64,000 nt of DNA from a virus, in IMG/VR virus record IMGVR_UViG_3300042261_001309, positions 63,117 through 127,116 of that record. One strand, written 5' to 3'. Position 1 is the first letter of the stretch, and each line of letters begins with the position of its first letter. Below, piece by piece: positions 8,997 through 18,737 of this stretch. The notes below the pieces were generated by a model that searched no databases, had not been told where the DNA came from, and worked only from the letters and a program-made list of their open reading frames with translations. The position numbers and the translations under genes are program-made.

Positions 8997-9677
8997 CTAC
9001 TTACTTTCTTTAATTTCGAGCAGCTTTCCAGTCACCTCTTCCAAGAGGAACTTTATAGCCGCAGTCATGTCTGCATTTACTGAGTCTGGATAAGCATCCA
9101 AACATTCATGGGCAAAGATAAGCTGGTCTGTGTCCACATCCGCTAGAAATTTAATAAGTTGACTGTCGCGGTTGGCTCGTTTTCTGAACTCAGCCCATTC
9201 CGCTGGATACTTTTTAGGCGCACCTGCCTGAGTCATCGCATTGATGTCTTTGATTAACTCTTCATTCAATGCTTTTGGCTCGTTAGCTTTGGCTTGCATC
9301 GCTGCAGCTGTATTTGTCCAACTACCGGCTAACCCTGGCTTGGTTCCTGGCAAGCTGGTGATTTCTTTTGGCGTAACTTTCCTTACTGGAATTTCCGCTG
9401 ATATTGCGGCAGCTGGTGTTGCGGGTTGTTCCGTTTTAGGTGGCCTTCCACGCCGTTTAACCGGAGCTTCAACCCCGGCTTCTTGTTGCGTAGGTTGAAC
9501 AACTGGTGCTTGCACTACAGCCGTAGCTGGTTGCGCTGTTTTAGGAGGACGACCTCTCCGTTTAATTGAAGCAACTACTCCCGTAACTAGTTGAACTACT
9601 TCAGGAGGAGGAGCTTCAACCATTGCTTGCACTTCCTCTGTTTTTGGTTTGTTTTTACTTCCCTTCGGTCTGCCCAT
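8997..9677 (-). CDS. AT-hook-containing putative DNA-binding protein
   Basis: ATG at 9677 follows an AAGGA ribosome-binding site. MGRPKGSKNKPK plus two KRRGRPPKTxQPAT motifs in a low-complexity N-terminus. Confidence 0.7.
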   Translation of the reverse strand: MGRPKGSKNKPKTEEVQAMVEAPPPEVVQLVTGVVASIKRRGRPPKTAQPATAVVQAPVVQPTQQEAGVEAPVKRRGRPPKTEQPATPAAAISAEIPVRKVTPKEITSLPGTKPGLAGSWTNTAAAMQAKANEPKALNEELIKDINAMTQAGAPKKYPAEWAEFRKRANRDSQLIKFLADVDTDQLIFAHECLDAYPDSVNADMTAAIKFLLEEVTGKLLEIKESK

Positions 9678-9936
9678 TGTTGTTTCCTTTCTTAGGTGGC
9701 TTAATGGCACCGGTTTTGGTTGATTTGGCGATTCCTGTTTGATGGACACCAACGTCGGTGTCCGCAGTAATTTCGCCATCTTTAGACTGGTATTTCTTCG
9801 TTGTCTTACCCATAATTAGCCTAACCGCATCTACTAAAGTTTTGCCGGACGTTACCGTATTGTTAATTGCTGAATGACTAAATTTAATACACTCTGCCAG
9901 AATTGTTGTTAAAACATCTGATGTGTTGTTGTTACA

Positions 9937-11640
9937 ATGACCCAAGACATAATCCAGAAAATAGACCGCATACTTAAGCACCCTAAAGCTTATTCTGCTG
10001 AAACACTTCTAGCAGCAAGACAGTGGCTAATTCTCCAAACTCCACTTTCGTCGGTGGTTGAGATGTACCTGCATGACAATGAGGGGAGAATCCAAAATCT
10101 CGCTAAGTTTAAGATGATGCGGGCTATCTACGACCAACTGCCCCAACGACTTCTTTTGAAGTGTAGTCGTAAAACACTCAAATCTACCCTGTTGAGCAAC
10201 ATCATTGCGTTAAACATGATCAGGTACAACCACTATAAAATGTTGTACGTTGCTCCCCAAGAAATAGCTACGAAATATTTTTCTACCAACTATCTGAATG
10301 TGCGGCTGGATTCTCCTCCATTAAAGAAAATAATTTATAAAGGATTTGAAAAATGTGATGTATTTGAAAAAATACTGGAAGATACTCACAGCGCCATTTT
10401 ACTGCGTTATGCCAAAGACGATGCCACCCGTATTCGCGGACCAGCAGTGGATTCATGCATCTATGACGAAATCCAGGACATCGACGACGATATTCTGCCT
10501 ATCATAAAAGAAACGATGACTTTGTCTCAGTATAAACGGGAAATGTTTGCTGGCACCCCGTTGACCACCGACAATACAATTAACGTATTGTGGAAAGCCT
10601 CAACCCAATTTGAATGGGTATTTAAATGTACCGCCTGCAATCATTGGAATAGTCTCACACTTGAAAACGATCCAATGAAGATGATTCAAAAGAATGGGTT
10701 AAGTTGTTCCAAATGCCTTGGCTTAGTTAGTAGTGCAGACGGCGAATGGGTTTCTGCCAACCCCGGAGATCGAGAATTGGCAGGTTACCATATTGCCCAG
10801 CCTATATTACCGTTCTTTAATGAAGACGCCAAAGAATGGAAAGAGATCTACAACAAAATCCACGGAGTAAGTAAATACAGCGTTGGCAAAGTACATAACG
10901 AAGTATTTGGGCTAGCTTATGACACAGGTAAAAAACCAATCACTGAAGAGAAACTAAAATCTCTCTCCATACTTGGTTCACAAGACTCAATCTTCCAGAA
11001 AAATCGCAGCAGATATATGTCTATTACCTGTGGCGTAGATTGGGGTGTTAATTTGGAAACATCTCGAACCTCCGTCTGTATTGGTGGCTTGCGTGATGAT
11101 GGTGTATATGAAGTATTCTTTTTAAAAATATTTAAAGAATACGACTATATGTGGCAAATAAGAAATATCGCCCAGCACGTCATGTTGTATGGCGCCTTCT
11201 GCGCTTGTGACTCAGGACCTGATCCTATTAGAGGTGTATTATTAGCGCAACAAACCTCATTGGATAAAACTCAGCTGGTTCGCTATACCGCAGATAAATT
11301 TATTCAACATTACGACAAATATGCAAACGCTATCGACGTAACCCAGAACCGTTGGTGCCTGCACCGTTCTGATACGTTAACCTTCACCTATAACCTACTT
11401 AACGACAGCAAAATATTGTTTCCCAGATGGGAAGAAAGTTCCGAATGTTTGTCGGACATATTAAATGTATATATAGAATTACGGGAAGGCACCTTGCGGA
11501 GAGAAATACTATATCGCCACAGCCCAGATAAACCAGACGACTTTATGCACGCTTTAAACTTTGCTGTCGTGCAAGCTCACACTGCCTGTGGCAATCCGCT
11601 ACTCTTCCGCAGCTCCAGTAGTGACCCAATGGCTGAATGA
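9937..11640 (+). CDS. terL: terminase large subunit (GpA-like)
   Basis: ATPase N-domain (KCSRKTLKST, 'LYVAP', Walker B CIYDE, 'AGTP'), Zn ribbon CTAC...CSKC, and RuvC-like nuclease GVDWG...DDFMHA. Confidence 0.8.
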   Translation: MTQDIIQKIDRILKHPKAYSAETLLAARQWLILQTPLSSVVEMYLHDNEGRIQNLAKFKMMRAIYDQLPQRLLLKCSRKTLKSTLLSNIIALNMIRYNHYKMLYVAPQEIATKYFSTNYLNVRLDSPPLKKIIYKGFEKCDVFEKILEDTHSAILLRYAKDDATRIRGPAVDSCIYDEIQDIDDDILPIIKETMTLSQYKREMFAGTPLTTDNTINVLWKASTQFEWVFKCTACNHWNSLTLENDPMKMIQKNGLSCSKCLGLVSSADGEWVSANPGDRELAGYHIAQPILPFFNEDAKEWKEIYNKIHGVSKYSVGKVHNEVFGLAYDTGKKPITEEKLKSLSILGSQDSIFQKNRSRYMSITCGVDWGVNLETSRTSVCIGGLRDDGVYEVFFLKIFKEYDYMWQIRNIAQHVMLYGAFCACDSGPDPIRGVLLAQQTSLDKTQLVRYTADKFIQHYDKYANAIDVTQNRWCLHRSDTLTFTYNLLNDSKILFPRWEESSECLSDILNVYIELREGTLRREILYRHSPDKPDDFMHALNFAVVQAHTACGNPLLFRSSSSDPMAE

Positions 11641-12363
11641 GTCATACATATACGGTTCAATGGCGATTGTATCGATGCCTCGTGATTTAAAAGTAGTTAC
11701 GAAGTCATTTCGATGTTCCGTAGTTTCGAACAAATATAGCGCGTAACCACCATGACCTGAACCGCAATATTTCTTAGCACTTTCACCGTAGCTATCCCTG
11801 AGGGGCTTCATACCTTCTTTTAACTGTAATTCGTACGCAGCCTTAACAATCTCGCAGATCGTAGGATACATCGATAACGGTGGTTGTCCTGTCGTATACG
11901 CATCGGATTGCGCTTTGGCCCTAACTAGTAGCCATGTATACGCTAGGTTGGACCGCCAAGCTAAATCCCGATAATCACGAGAAATATTTTTTAAATCTTT
12001 AGTAACATGCGCGTTGCCTGTCCACATAAGCGCCATCTTCCCTTCCAAAAAAGCAGGATTAACCTTAAACGTTAATATAGGGAACGGTCCACCGGACCAA
12101 ACACATAAACCTGTTTCCAATATTACCGCTGGGTCTTGCCATCCTGCTGTTTTTGATTCTTCAATAAAAGGATTGTTATCTCTTAAAATTGCATTAGCAG
12201 CGCTACCTCCTAAACCACCACCAAATTGATACGGCCAGCTATCCAAACTCACTTTTGGCGTTATTGCACAATTAATGACATGCCCGACGACCTTGGTAAG
12301 CCCTGGGCAATCTAACCAACCACCTATAAAATCTACTCTTAATGGAACCTCTGTTATGGTCAT
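11599..12363 (-). CDS. GHMP-kinase-family protein (sugar-kinase-like, compact)
   Basis: PLRVDFIGGWLD (motif I), GGGLGGS (motif II), GWQD and KYCGSGHGGY (motif III). Confidence 0.75.
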   Translation of the reverse strand: MTITEVPLRVDFIGGWLDCPGLTKVVGHVINCAITPKVSLDSWPYQFGGGLGGSAANAILRDNNPFIEESKTAGWQDPAVILETGLCVWSGGPFPILTFKVNPAFLEGKMALMWTGNAHVTKDLKNISRDYRDLAWRSNLAYTWLLVRAKAQSDAYTTGQPPLSMYPTICEIVKAAYELQLKEGMKPLRDSYGESAKKYCGSGHGGYALYLFETTEHRNDFVTTFKSRGIDTIAIEPYMYDSFSHWVTTGAAEE

Positions 12364-12737
12364 AGTTGAAACGCTTGAGCTGTCTTATTTAGCTCTTGTT
12401 CAAACCTGGCATGGAAATCCTCCGCTAACGGCAAGCATAAATCATGCGCCCGCTGACAATACTGGAAATACGCAAAAAACTTTTGTAATTCCTGGTCATT
12501 ATCAGGGAGGTCGAAGTCGAGCAACCGTTGCTGAAAAATTATCTGCAACGGCTGATTTTCCAATGCCTGAGAATATTTACTGTCAGGAATAAAAAGGCCC
12601 ACTGGACATTTAGTTCCATTAGGCCCGCGATACAAACACCGATAATGATTTTCTTGTTTTACGAAAGCTGGATTATTTTTTTTAGTTATGAAGTAGTCTA
12701 CAATCCTAGCGTGAATTTCTTTAAGTGTCATAGCCAA
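12360..12737 (-). CDS. phage hypothetical protein
   Basis: 'CLYRGPNGTKCPVGLFIPD..Y...LE...Q.AHD' pattern, which I recall recurring in phage hypothetical proteins. Confidence 0.55.
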   Translation of the reverse strand: MAMTLKEIHARIVDYFITKKNNPAFVKQENHYRCLYRGPNGTKCPVGLFIPDSKYSQALENQPLQIIFQQRLLDFDLPDNDQELQKFFAYFQYCQRAHDLCLPLAEDFHARFEQELNKTAQAFQL

Positions 12738-13323
12738 GCTTCGCGATATAATCCTCTATCTTCTTGGTATGCGCTTGAAATAAATCTGACAATACGCTAT
12801 TTTTTTCTTCCTGAATGGCTGGATCGCCGTCCGTCGAACTAGCCGGCATAATCGCGTTGTCAAAAATATCAGGAGCTTTGCTTAGACCGTATTGCCAAAA
12901 CACTTGACCAACATAAGCTCTAACATCATCATGCCAAAGCTTAAGTCGATCATCATAAGCTTTTAAAATAAGCGTAGCGTGTGCCAACGATTCTGCCACT
13001 TCTTCAGCTTCCAACGGATGATGATCTTCTGCGTCAATCAGATCATTACAGAAGATATGGCTTACAAACTCAAAGGCACGCCAATCTTGCTCATACAAAT
13101 TAGTGGTGAGCACCGTAATAGCTGCTTGAAGCTTATCCGATTGTAATTCAGACAGAGTTACCCCGAAATCCAATCTGATTTCTTCTTTAAGTATTTCAGG
13201 CTCCCATTCGAAAAATGTACCCTGGCCTGTTGTATCTTCCTTTCCGTATTTAGCCAACGCAGTTAGTAACAACGCGAAAGCAGGAGCCTTTTCATCTTTA
13301 AATACTGCAACCGGTGTCACCAT
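12721..13323 (-). CDS. hypothetical protein
   Basis: 200-aa acidic ORF overlapping its neighbours. Confidence 0.6.
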   Translation of the reverse strand: MVTPVAVFKDEKAPAFALLLTALAKYGKEDTTGQGTFFEWEPEILKEEIRLDFGVTLSELQSDKLQAAITVLTTNLYEQDWRAFEFVSHIFCNDLIDAEDHHPLEAEEVAESLAHATLILKAYDDRLKLWHDDVRAYVGQVFWQYGLSKAPDIFDNAIMPASSTDGDPAIQEEKNSVLSDLFQAHTKKIEDYIAKLGYDT

Positions 13324-13529
13324 TCTTGCTCTCCTTGTTCTGAATCCTTCTTAGGACAGGCTACAAAGCCTTCTAATTGTAAGTAGCGTAGAACCATCTG
13401 CTGTTCACCTACTGACAGTATTTTTGTTTGATCACAACACACAAGTGCGCTGCGCCCATCTGCCATCGGTCGCCACGTCAACGGAATACCGGCGACCTGA
13501 ACAATGCTTGGTCTGTTGTCTGTGGTCAT
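13317..13529 (-). CDS. hypothetical protein
   Basis: Start moved to the ATG at 13529 because the longer start overlaps a terminator hairpin. Confidence 0.5.
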   Translation of the reverse strand: MTTDNRPSIVQVAGIPLTWRPMADGRSALVCCDQTKILSVGEQQMVLRYLQLEGFVACPKKDSEQGEQEW

Positions 13530-13530
13530 A

Positions 13531-13562
13531 ATAAAAAAGCCTCTCACATTGCTGCAAGAGGC
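13531..13562 (-). terminator. Rho-independent terminator
   Basis: GCCTCT..AGAGGC stem followed by TTTTTTAT on the minus strand. Confidence 0.55.
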
Positions 13563-13599
13563 GGAGTTGATTGTCTTAGTTATAGAACCTCTCGCTTAC

Positions 13600-14652
13600 T
13601 TATGCTGAAGGTTTAATGCCAGTTAATTCCTTAAACAACGCTACGTCAGACCTAGGCATAGTAGGTAAAACGTCTCTTAACGCTGTTTTATCTGCTGGGT
13701 CAATTTCCAAACCGAACGCCGCTTTGTACTGATCCGCAGCGACTTTCTGCAAATCAGTTATGCTGAAACGCTCACCCGCCATTTCAACGGTATCCAGCAT
13801 TTCTGCAATCTTAGAAACAGGCAATGTAAACAAAGAATCAACAATGTCTGGGAGTAGACCGGCTGTTGCTTCTTTATCATACAAACCTTCCTCTTGCTCC
13901 ATCTGGTGCATCTCGGCCGCTACTTTAAGATAATCAAGTTTATCGTTAAAGGAAGGAACATCTGCAATCATGCGGTTTACACGTTCCTTGTTTTCTTCAC
14001 TGCTCATCTTTTCACGACGCCGAGCCAATTCCCGGACAACCTTAGGTTGATCAGGATAAAAGATCATGGCATATTTACACAACAAATCTGGCAATTCGTT
14101 AACCCCGTAAGTTGGAGCTTTAGTCATGAAATCACAAGCAATCTTAGACCGCCAAGTGAACGGGAATTTTTTAATGGAATTAGTGAAGGCTGATGCCGCT
14201 GCTGAAAACTCTTCAGCATTTTTAACTACCCACATTTCTACAGGTAAACCGTCAGCCTCAAATGCCACAACCGGTTGGGCTTCCTGCGCTTGCTTTTCAA
14301 CTCGCGAATTTAAAAATTGCTGATAGCTATCAAGGTCGGCAGTAATACCAAATAGATTGGCAGCATCACCAATATTGGTCTGCACTTCATCTATGTAACT
14401 CTGACCAAATTTAGCTTTTAACTCTGCTTTCTTCTCAGTGAAGAACACATTGCTAACATAAGCATTAGCAGGAGAATTAATTGGATACCACTTGTGACGA
14501 GTATCAGCAAATGCTTCAGAGGCATTTTTAACAATCTCCTCACGGTCAGGTAGTTCCGCTTCCTTTACATAATCTGGAACAGGAACACCACGCAACAGCG
14601 TGAATACTCCAAAGTTTGAAATATCAAATGTTTGATCGACAGGTACTTTCAT
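13600..14652 (-). CDS. hypothetical K-x-A-rich protein, possibly head-associated
   Basis: 350 aa with about a dozen K-x-A motifs (VKEAE, VKNAS, EKQAQ, VKNAE, LKVAA, DKEAT, SKIAE, QKVAA...). Confidence 0.55.
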   Translation of the reverse strand: MKVPVDQTFDISNFGVFTLLRGVPVPDYVKEAELPDREEIVKNASEAFADTRHKWYPINSPANAYVSNVFFTEKKAELKAKFGQSYIDEVQTNIGDAANLFGITADLDSYQQFLNSRVEKQAQEAQPVVAFEADGLPVEMWVVKNAEEFSAAASAFTNSIKKFPFTWRSKIACDFMTKAPTYGVNELPDLLCKYAMIFYPDQPKVVRELARRREKMSSEENKERVNRMIADVPSFNDKLDYLKVAAEMHQMEQEEGLYDKEATAGLLPDIVDSLFTLPVSKIAEMLDTVEMAGERFSITDLQKVAADQYKAAFGLEIDPADKTALRDVLPTMPRSDVALFKELTGIKPSA

Positions 14653-14685
14653 AGCGATTAATATATCCTAATTATAAAGCCTTAA

Positions 14686-15966
14686 ATGAACGTTAACAAC
14701 TTCAATTCTAAATTAAACTTGCCGCACTTTTTAGAGTCCATCGGCAAGACTGGTTATCAATACGTAAAATTGCCTAACTTCGGTTGGTACGCTTACAACG
14801 CTGATTTAACCGATATACGCAATTGTTTCGACAACTTGTTTGATGATATCTCAAACGAAGTCGAAGTAACAGGTTTTATTTCTGACCTGATTAAAAATAA
14901 AAAGCAACTATTCGATTTTCACATAACTTGGTCAGAAACCATGGTGTTACGTATTTATCATCATCTGCAGTTAATTGAAAAGCTTAAACAATTTCACGTA
15001 GCCTCCAAAGCGGAGTTAATTGAAGGCCAAGCCTATTTAAATGGAAAATATATCAATCTCGGCAAGCAATTGAAAGACCGAGGCTTGGAGGCCTTTATCG
15101 ATTCAGGTATAGGGTTGGTTACTGACCGAATATTATCCACGTTTTCAAGATATATAGGATTTCCAGCAGGTATTAAAAACCATCTAATCTTACCTTCTTA
15201 TTGCACACCTAACCATGTAGCGTCCTATGAAATACTCGGTATCAAAGACAGCGTAAATAAACGAATGAGCTTATATACCAACGGTGAAAAAGGTTGGTAT
15301 GGTAATTTCCAAAATACCTTAATTGTCAGTGACCTGCAAAAGCTAGTAACAACTCCAGGTTTAACTTGGGATTATAAATTAGACTATTGGGCGAACCGAC
15401 AATTAATCCTAGACCCGGCCTTATCCGTATCTGACTGTGTGAGCATCTGGACACAAGCCAGAAAAGCACAATTTAATACTTCGCCTTTAGATATCATTGA
15501 GCAATCAGGTGCAGTAGATACGCTCAAAAATTATCTCAAAGAATTAAATATCACCCAACTAACAGAGCTAGAACAGCGTTTCCAAATAAAGCTATTCGAG
15601 AGTTGGAAAGCGCAAAAAAGTGAAGAAGTCGATATTGGTAATCTACGGTTTATCAAGAAAGACAACCAATACTGGATACTGACTAAAAAAGGGAAATTAG
15701 ACGAGTTTACAAACTTTGCAGTAGATATCACCCGCATCTTTAAACGCGAGGATAAATTCTACCGTAGCGGAACCTTATTTTTTGGTCGTCAGGAAATACC
15801 ATTTGAATTACCTAACGAAACATTTATGCAGCCTAAAGTGTTTATAAGTGCCATCCACAATATCTGCTTAAATAGTGGTGTAGGCTTGCCACTGGTATTA
15901 ACCAACTATGTCAGCTATCTAATGGATGTTATCAACCGCCTAAACCGCAATGCCCCTATAGGCTAA
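14686..15966 (+). CDS. hypothetical protein
   Basis: 426-aa ORF divergent from 13600..14652; no confident motif. Confidence 0.6.
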   Translation: MNVNNFNSKLNLPHFLESIGKTGYQYVKLPNFGWYAYNADLTDIRNCFDNLFDDISNEVEVTGFISDLIKNKKQLFDFHITWSETMVLRIYHHLQLIEKLKQFHVASKAELIEGQAYLNGKYINLGKQLKDRGLEAFIDSGIGLVTDRILSTFSRYIGFPAGIKNHLILPSYCTPNHVASYEILGIKDSVNKRMSLYTNGEKGWYGNFQNTLIVSDLQKLVTTPGLTWDYKLDYWANRQLILDPALSVSDCVSIWTQARKAQFNTSPLDIIEQSGAVDTLKNYLKELNITQLTELEQRFQIKLFESWKAQKSEEVDIGNLRFIKKDNQYWILTKKGKLDEFTNFAVDITRIFKREDKFYRSGTLFFGRQEIPFELPNETFMQPKVFISAIHNICLNSGVGLPLVLTNYVSYLMDVINRLNRNAPIG

Positions 15967-16146
15967 AAAAAGTAAATTAATATAAGGGGTTTTTTTTGTT
16001 TTGATTTGCCTATATATGAAAGGCTTAATTGCTGCTCAATTAATTATACCATAATTTAACCGCCATATAGGCTAGGGTTAAAAAAGGCAATTTTGATCCT
16101 TGATCACTCAATTATACCGCCATTTAAGCAAATTAACCAATACCGG

Positions 16147-16701
16147 TTAGGGTATAGGTAATTGCTTTGGTAGTGTCTGTTCTACCCCACTAACCTGATA
16201 GGTCCTGGTGCGATCATGGTCTATGCTAATAAGCTGTGCTTGAACTGACTGCCCACCCATCTTCGGATTAGGAGAAGTGGTAGATAACAATAGTTGAAAA
16301 TCAGTCTGCATAACTACCAGCTGTTTTTCAGCTCTATCAACCGTACCGGCTTTTTCTTCAACTACCACATCCATATAAAATGTGCCTGGAAGCCAATTCG
16401 CATTCACCGATCGAGGAATAAGAATACTGAAAAAACCACTGTCCTTCTGCTCTTCTCGTAAACCTACATTAACAAAAGTATCACCCTGCCACAGTACAGT
16501 ATTGGCATATATCGACTTCTTAACCACAGCATAAACGTCGTATTTACTCAAAGTTACCGGTTGACCTTCTACGTTTAAATAAAAAGACAATTCAATGTCT
16601 GCACCTTGAAAGAATTTAGGAGATTCTTGTTTTGGCGAATTATACTGCGTTGTGCCGTCGAGTATCTTCTTAGTGTAATAACTGTCAGGTATTCGTTGCA
16701 T
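16147..16701 (-). CDS. BppU-like/Ig-like structural protein
   Basis: 'FQGADIELSF.L...G.PV.L..Y.V...G.F.I.IP...G.F.MDV' resembles BppU N-terminal domains. Likely start is the ATG at 16701. Confidence 0.5.
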   Translation of the reverse strand: MQRIPDSYYTKKILDGTTQYNSPKQESPKFFQGADIELSFYLNVEGQPVTLSKYDVYAVVKKSIYANTVLWQGDTFVNVGLREEQKDSGFFSILIPRSVNANWLPGTFYMDVVVEEKAGTVDRAEKQLVVMQTDFQLLLSTTSPNPKMGGQSVQAQLISIDHDRTRTYQVSGVEQTLPKQLPIP

Positions 16702-16994
16702 TATTTGCACCTTTTTTCCAATTGTCCTTTGGAATTCTTTACATACCAGCAAATTTGGTCCACACCCATGGCTTGCTTTATTTGACTGGCTGAATTCTCA
16801 TCTAATCCAATTATAGCGTTTTCAAAGCTTTTACGATACTGCTGCATCAAGTTGTTTTTAGCGCAGCAGCCTGGTTTATTAAGCGCATCCAGATATGGCT
16901 TTAAATTATTGAAGAACGGAACATTCTTTAACTTCGGATTATTCTGTACCGCTTGAGCAACAGATTCCACAGAACTAAGTACAAGTGATTTCAT
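16701..16994 (-). CDS. hypothetical protein
   Basis: 97-aa ORF translationally coupled within the tail operon. Confidence 0.55.
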   Translation of the reverse strand: MKSLVLSSVESVAQAVQNNPKLKNVPFFNNLKPYLDALNKPGCCAKNNLMQQYRKSFENAIIGLDENSASQIKQAMGVDQICWYVKNSKGQLEKRCK

Positions 16995-18037
16995 GTTATA
17001 TTTGGATTTGGTAATGCTGCCCTAGGTTTACATATATCGGCGGCTTTAAAGCTTAACCCTAAAAATATACGATTATGCTCCTTGTCTGGAAAGATTGCTA
17101 CGTTGTCTCCAGCGGTTAATTTAAAATCACCAAAATTTGTAGCCGGCCGTACACCGTTAATAGACGAAATCAGTTCTGAACAAGGTGCGGTAGCAATATC
17201 TGAAAAGAATGAATCGCAAGGCAAAGGATCACCGTAATTACTGCGAGCACCTAAAAACACTGAATTATCCGCTTCGCTTACTTCTGTCTTAAATTGGTAA
17301 CCATCAGTAAAATCAATATCTCCGCCTAATGGAGTACCATTAAATCCTAAACTGGTCACTCCTGCCCACTTACCATAAAAATAATGACATACGGAATTTT
17401 CAAAAAAGATATTTTCAAAAACCAAGTTACGTTTAATCAATTTTAACGATTCACCAAAAACAAGCAAGCTGCCGTCGGCATTACGGCAATAATATGGATA
17501 AGTAGCGCTCAAGTAAGCAGGCACGGTAAACGTCTGAATTGCTTCGTTATTATGAGCAACCGTAATTACTGCGTCGGTACCTAGTGTAATGGAATAAAGC
17601 TGAATCTCACCTGTTAGCTTAGTCAAAAATACGAGATTGGCATCCAGTATTGTGGACTGTAATGAAGCATTACTTAAATCTGTTGCGTTATCCTTATTTT
17701 CATCTACGCCAGCTAACAACCCTTGAGCTTTAATTATTCTAAACGCACGACTAGATAACGTGGATGCTGGCGCGGGATCTACCGTAAAGTGCGAACCAGC
17801 TAAATTAATCGCAGTAACAGTATACTGCGTAGCGCTATCTAGAAACTGAACAACATCACCTACAGCTATAAGTTCTCGAAAATTATTAAACTTAGCAAAA
17901 CCTGTAGTTTGAATATTTAACCCATTATCGTCGGTTGATGACGGAATCATACTTACGGCGTTATCCACTGTTTGTTTTAATGGATACCAACGCAGGCTAT
18001 TTTCATCCAGCCAATCAAGAACCTGTAAATTAAGCAT
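16991..18037 (-). CDS. tail/baseplate structural protein, paralogue 5
   Basis: N-terminal LDWLDENSLRWYPLK and C-terminal CSELISSINGVRP shared with neighbours; beta-rich. Confidence 0.6.
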   Translation of the reverse strand: MLNLQVLDWLDENSLRWYPLKQTVDNAVSMIPSSTDDNGLNIQTTGFAKFNNFRELIAVGDVVQFLDSATQYTVTAINLAGSHFTVDPAPASTLSSRAFRIIKAQGLLAGVDENKDNATDLSNASLQSTILDANLVFLTKLTGEIQLYSITLGTDAVITVAHNNEAIQTFTVPAYLSATYPYYCRNADGSLLVFGESLKLIKRNLVFENIFFENSVCHYFYGKWAGVTSLGFNGTPLGGDIDFTDGYQFKTEVSEADNSVFLGARSNYGDPLPCDSFFSDIATAPCSELISSINGVRPATNFGDFKLTAGDNVAIFPDKEHNRIFLGLSFKAADICKPRAALPNPNIT

Positions 18038-18737
18038 AATCGGTTGTTGGTAAAATCTTCACGTTGGCTAACGAAGTCGCTAATTTAACCGATAGCCCAC
18101 CACCATCTGGTATGAACCGTAATACTGGGTTATCCTTTATCTGTATGTTATTCTCAATCGGCGCCTTATGATTTAAGGTCTTTAACGCAGTTCCTGCTTC
18201 CAGCGGAGGTACTGTGACGGCGTTCCATTCTACCTGCTGATCAGTAATATGATGAAAAATATGCTTAACCCCATTGTCAGCCGTATTAAAATTTACTGCA
18301 CCATAAACACCAGCTATAGAATAAACACCAGCAGAGCCAGATAAATAATTTACGCAAATAGGTAAAAACGGAATATTGATTGTATGCACGGTATTAACAA
18401 AACGGTCAAACAATTGATATAAGCCCACACCAAAGGATAACGAGCCTAAATAATTATCTGTATTGTCATAAATCTTTACTGAAGTTAGTGACGCATAGGT
18501 GTCCGTGCTAGGTTTGGTTAACGTAATAGCGTAATCCACAGCCGCTATAGTTAACGTTAACGTAGCTACAGTATAAGTAACGGCTAATGACTTAAATACA
18601 GGTAGGCTTCCTTCAAATTGAACAAAGTTTGCGTCTACCAATAAATCGGCAATAAACAACGGTGAGGATAACGGATACGCATTATTACTGTGTTCGTTAC
18701 GCCATTCTAATACCCCGTATAAATTTTCCATGCTCAT
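18030..18737 (-). CDS. tail/baseplate structural protein, paralogue 4
   Basis: N-terminal LEWRNEHSNNAYPL; 'LLVDANFV'. Confidence 0.6.
   Translation of the reverse strand: MSMENLYGVLEWRNEHSNNAYPLSSPLFIADLLVDANFVQFEGSLPVFKSLAVTYTVATLTLTIAAVDYAITLTKPSTDTYASLTSVKIYDNTDNYLGSLSFGVGLYQLFDRFVNTVHTINIPFLPICVNYLSGSAGVYSIAGVYGAVNFNTADNGVKHIFHHITDQQVEWNAVTVPPLEAGTALKTLNHKAPIENNIQIKDNPVLRFIPDGGGLSVKLATSLANVKILPTTDYA

Noticed and set aside
9655-9981. 108-aa minus-strand ORF
   Set aside because: It overlaps the terminase start on the opposite strand and the AT-hook gene start. At most a roughly 52-aa ORF from the ATG at 9813 could be real, and support is insufficient.
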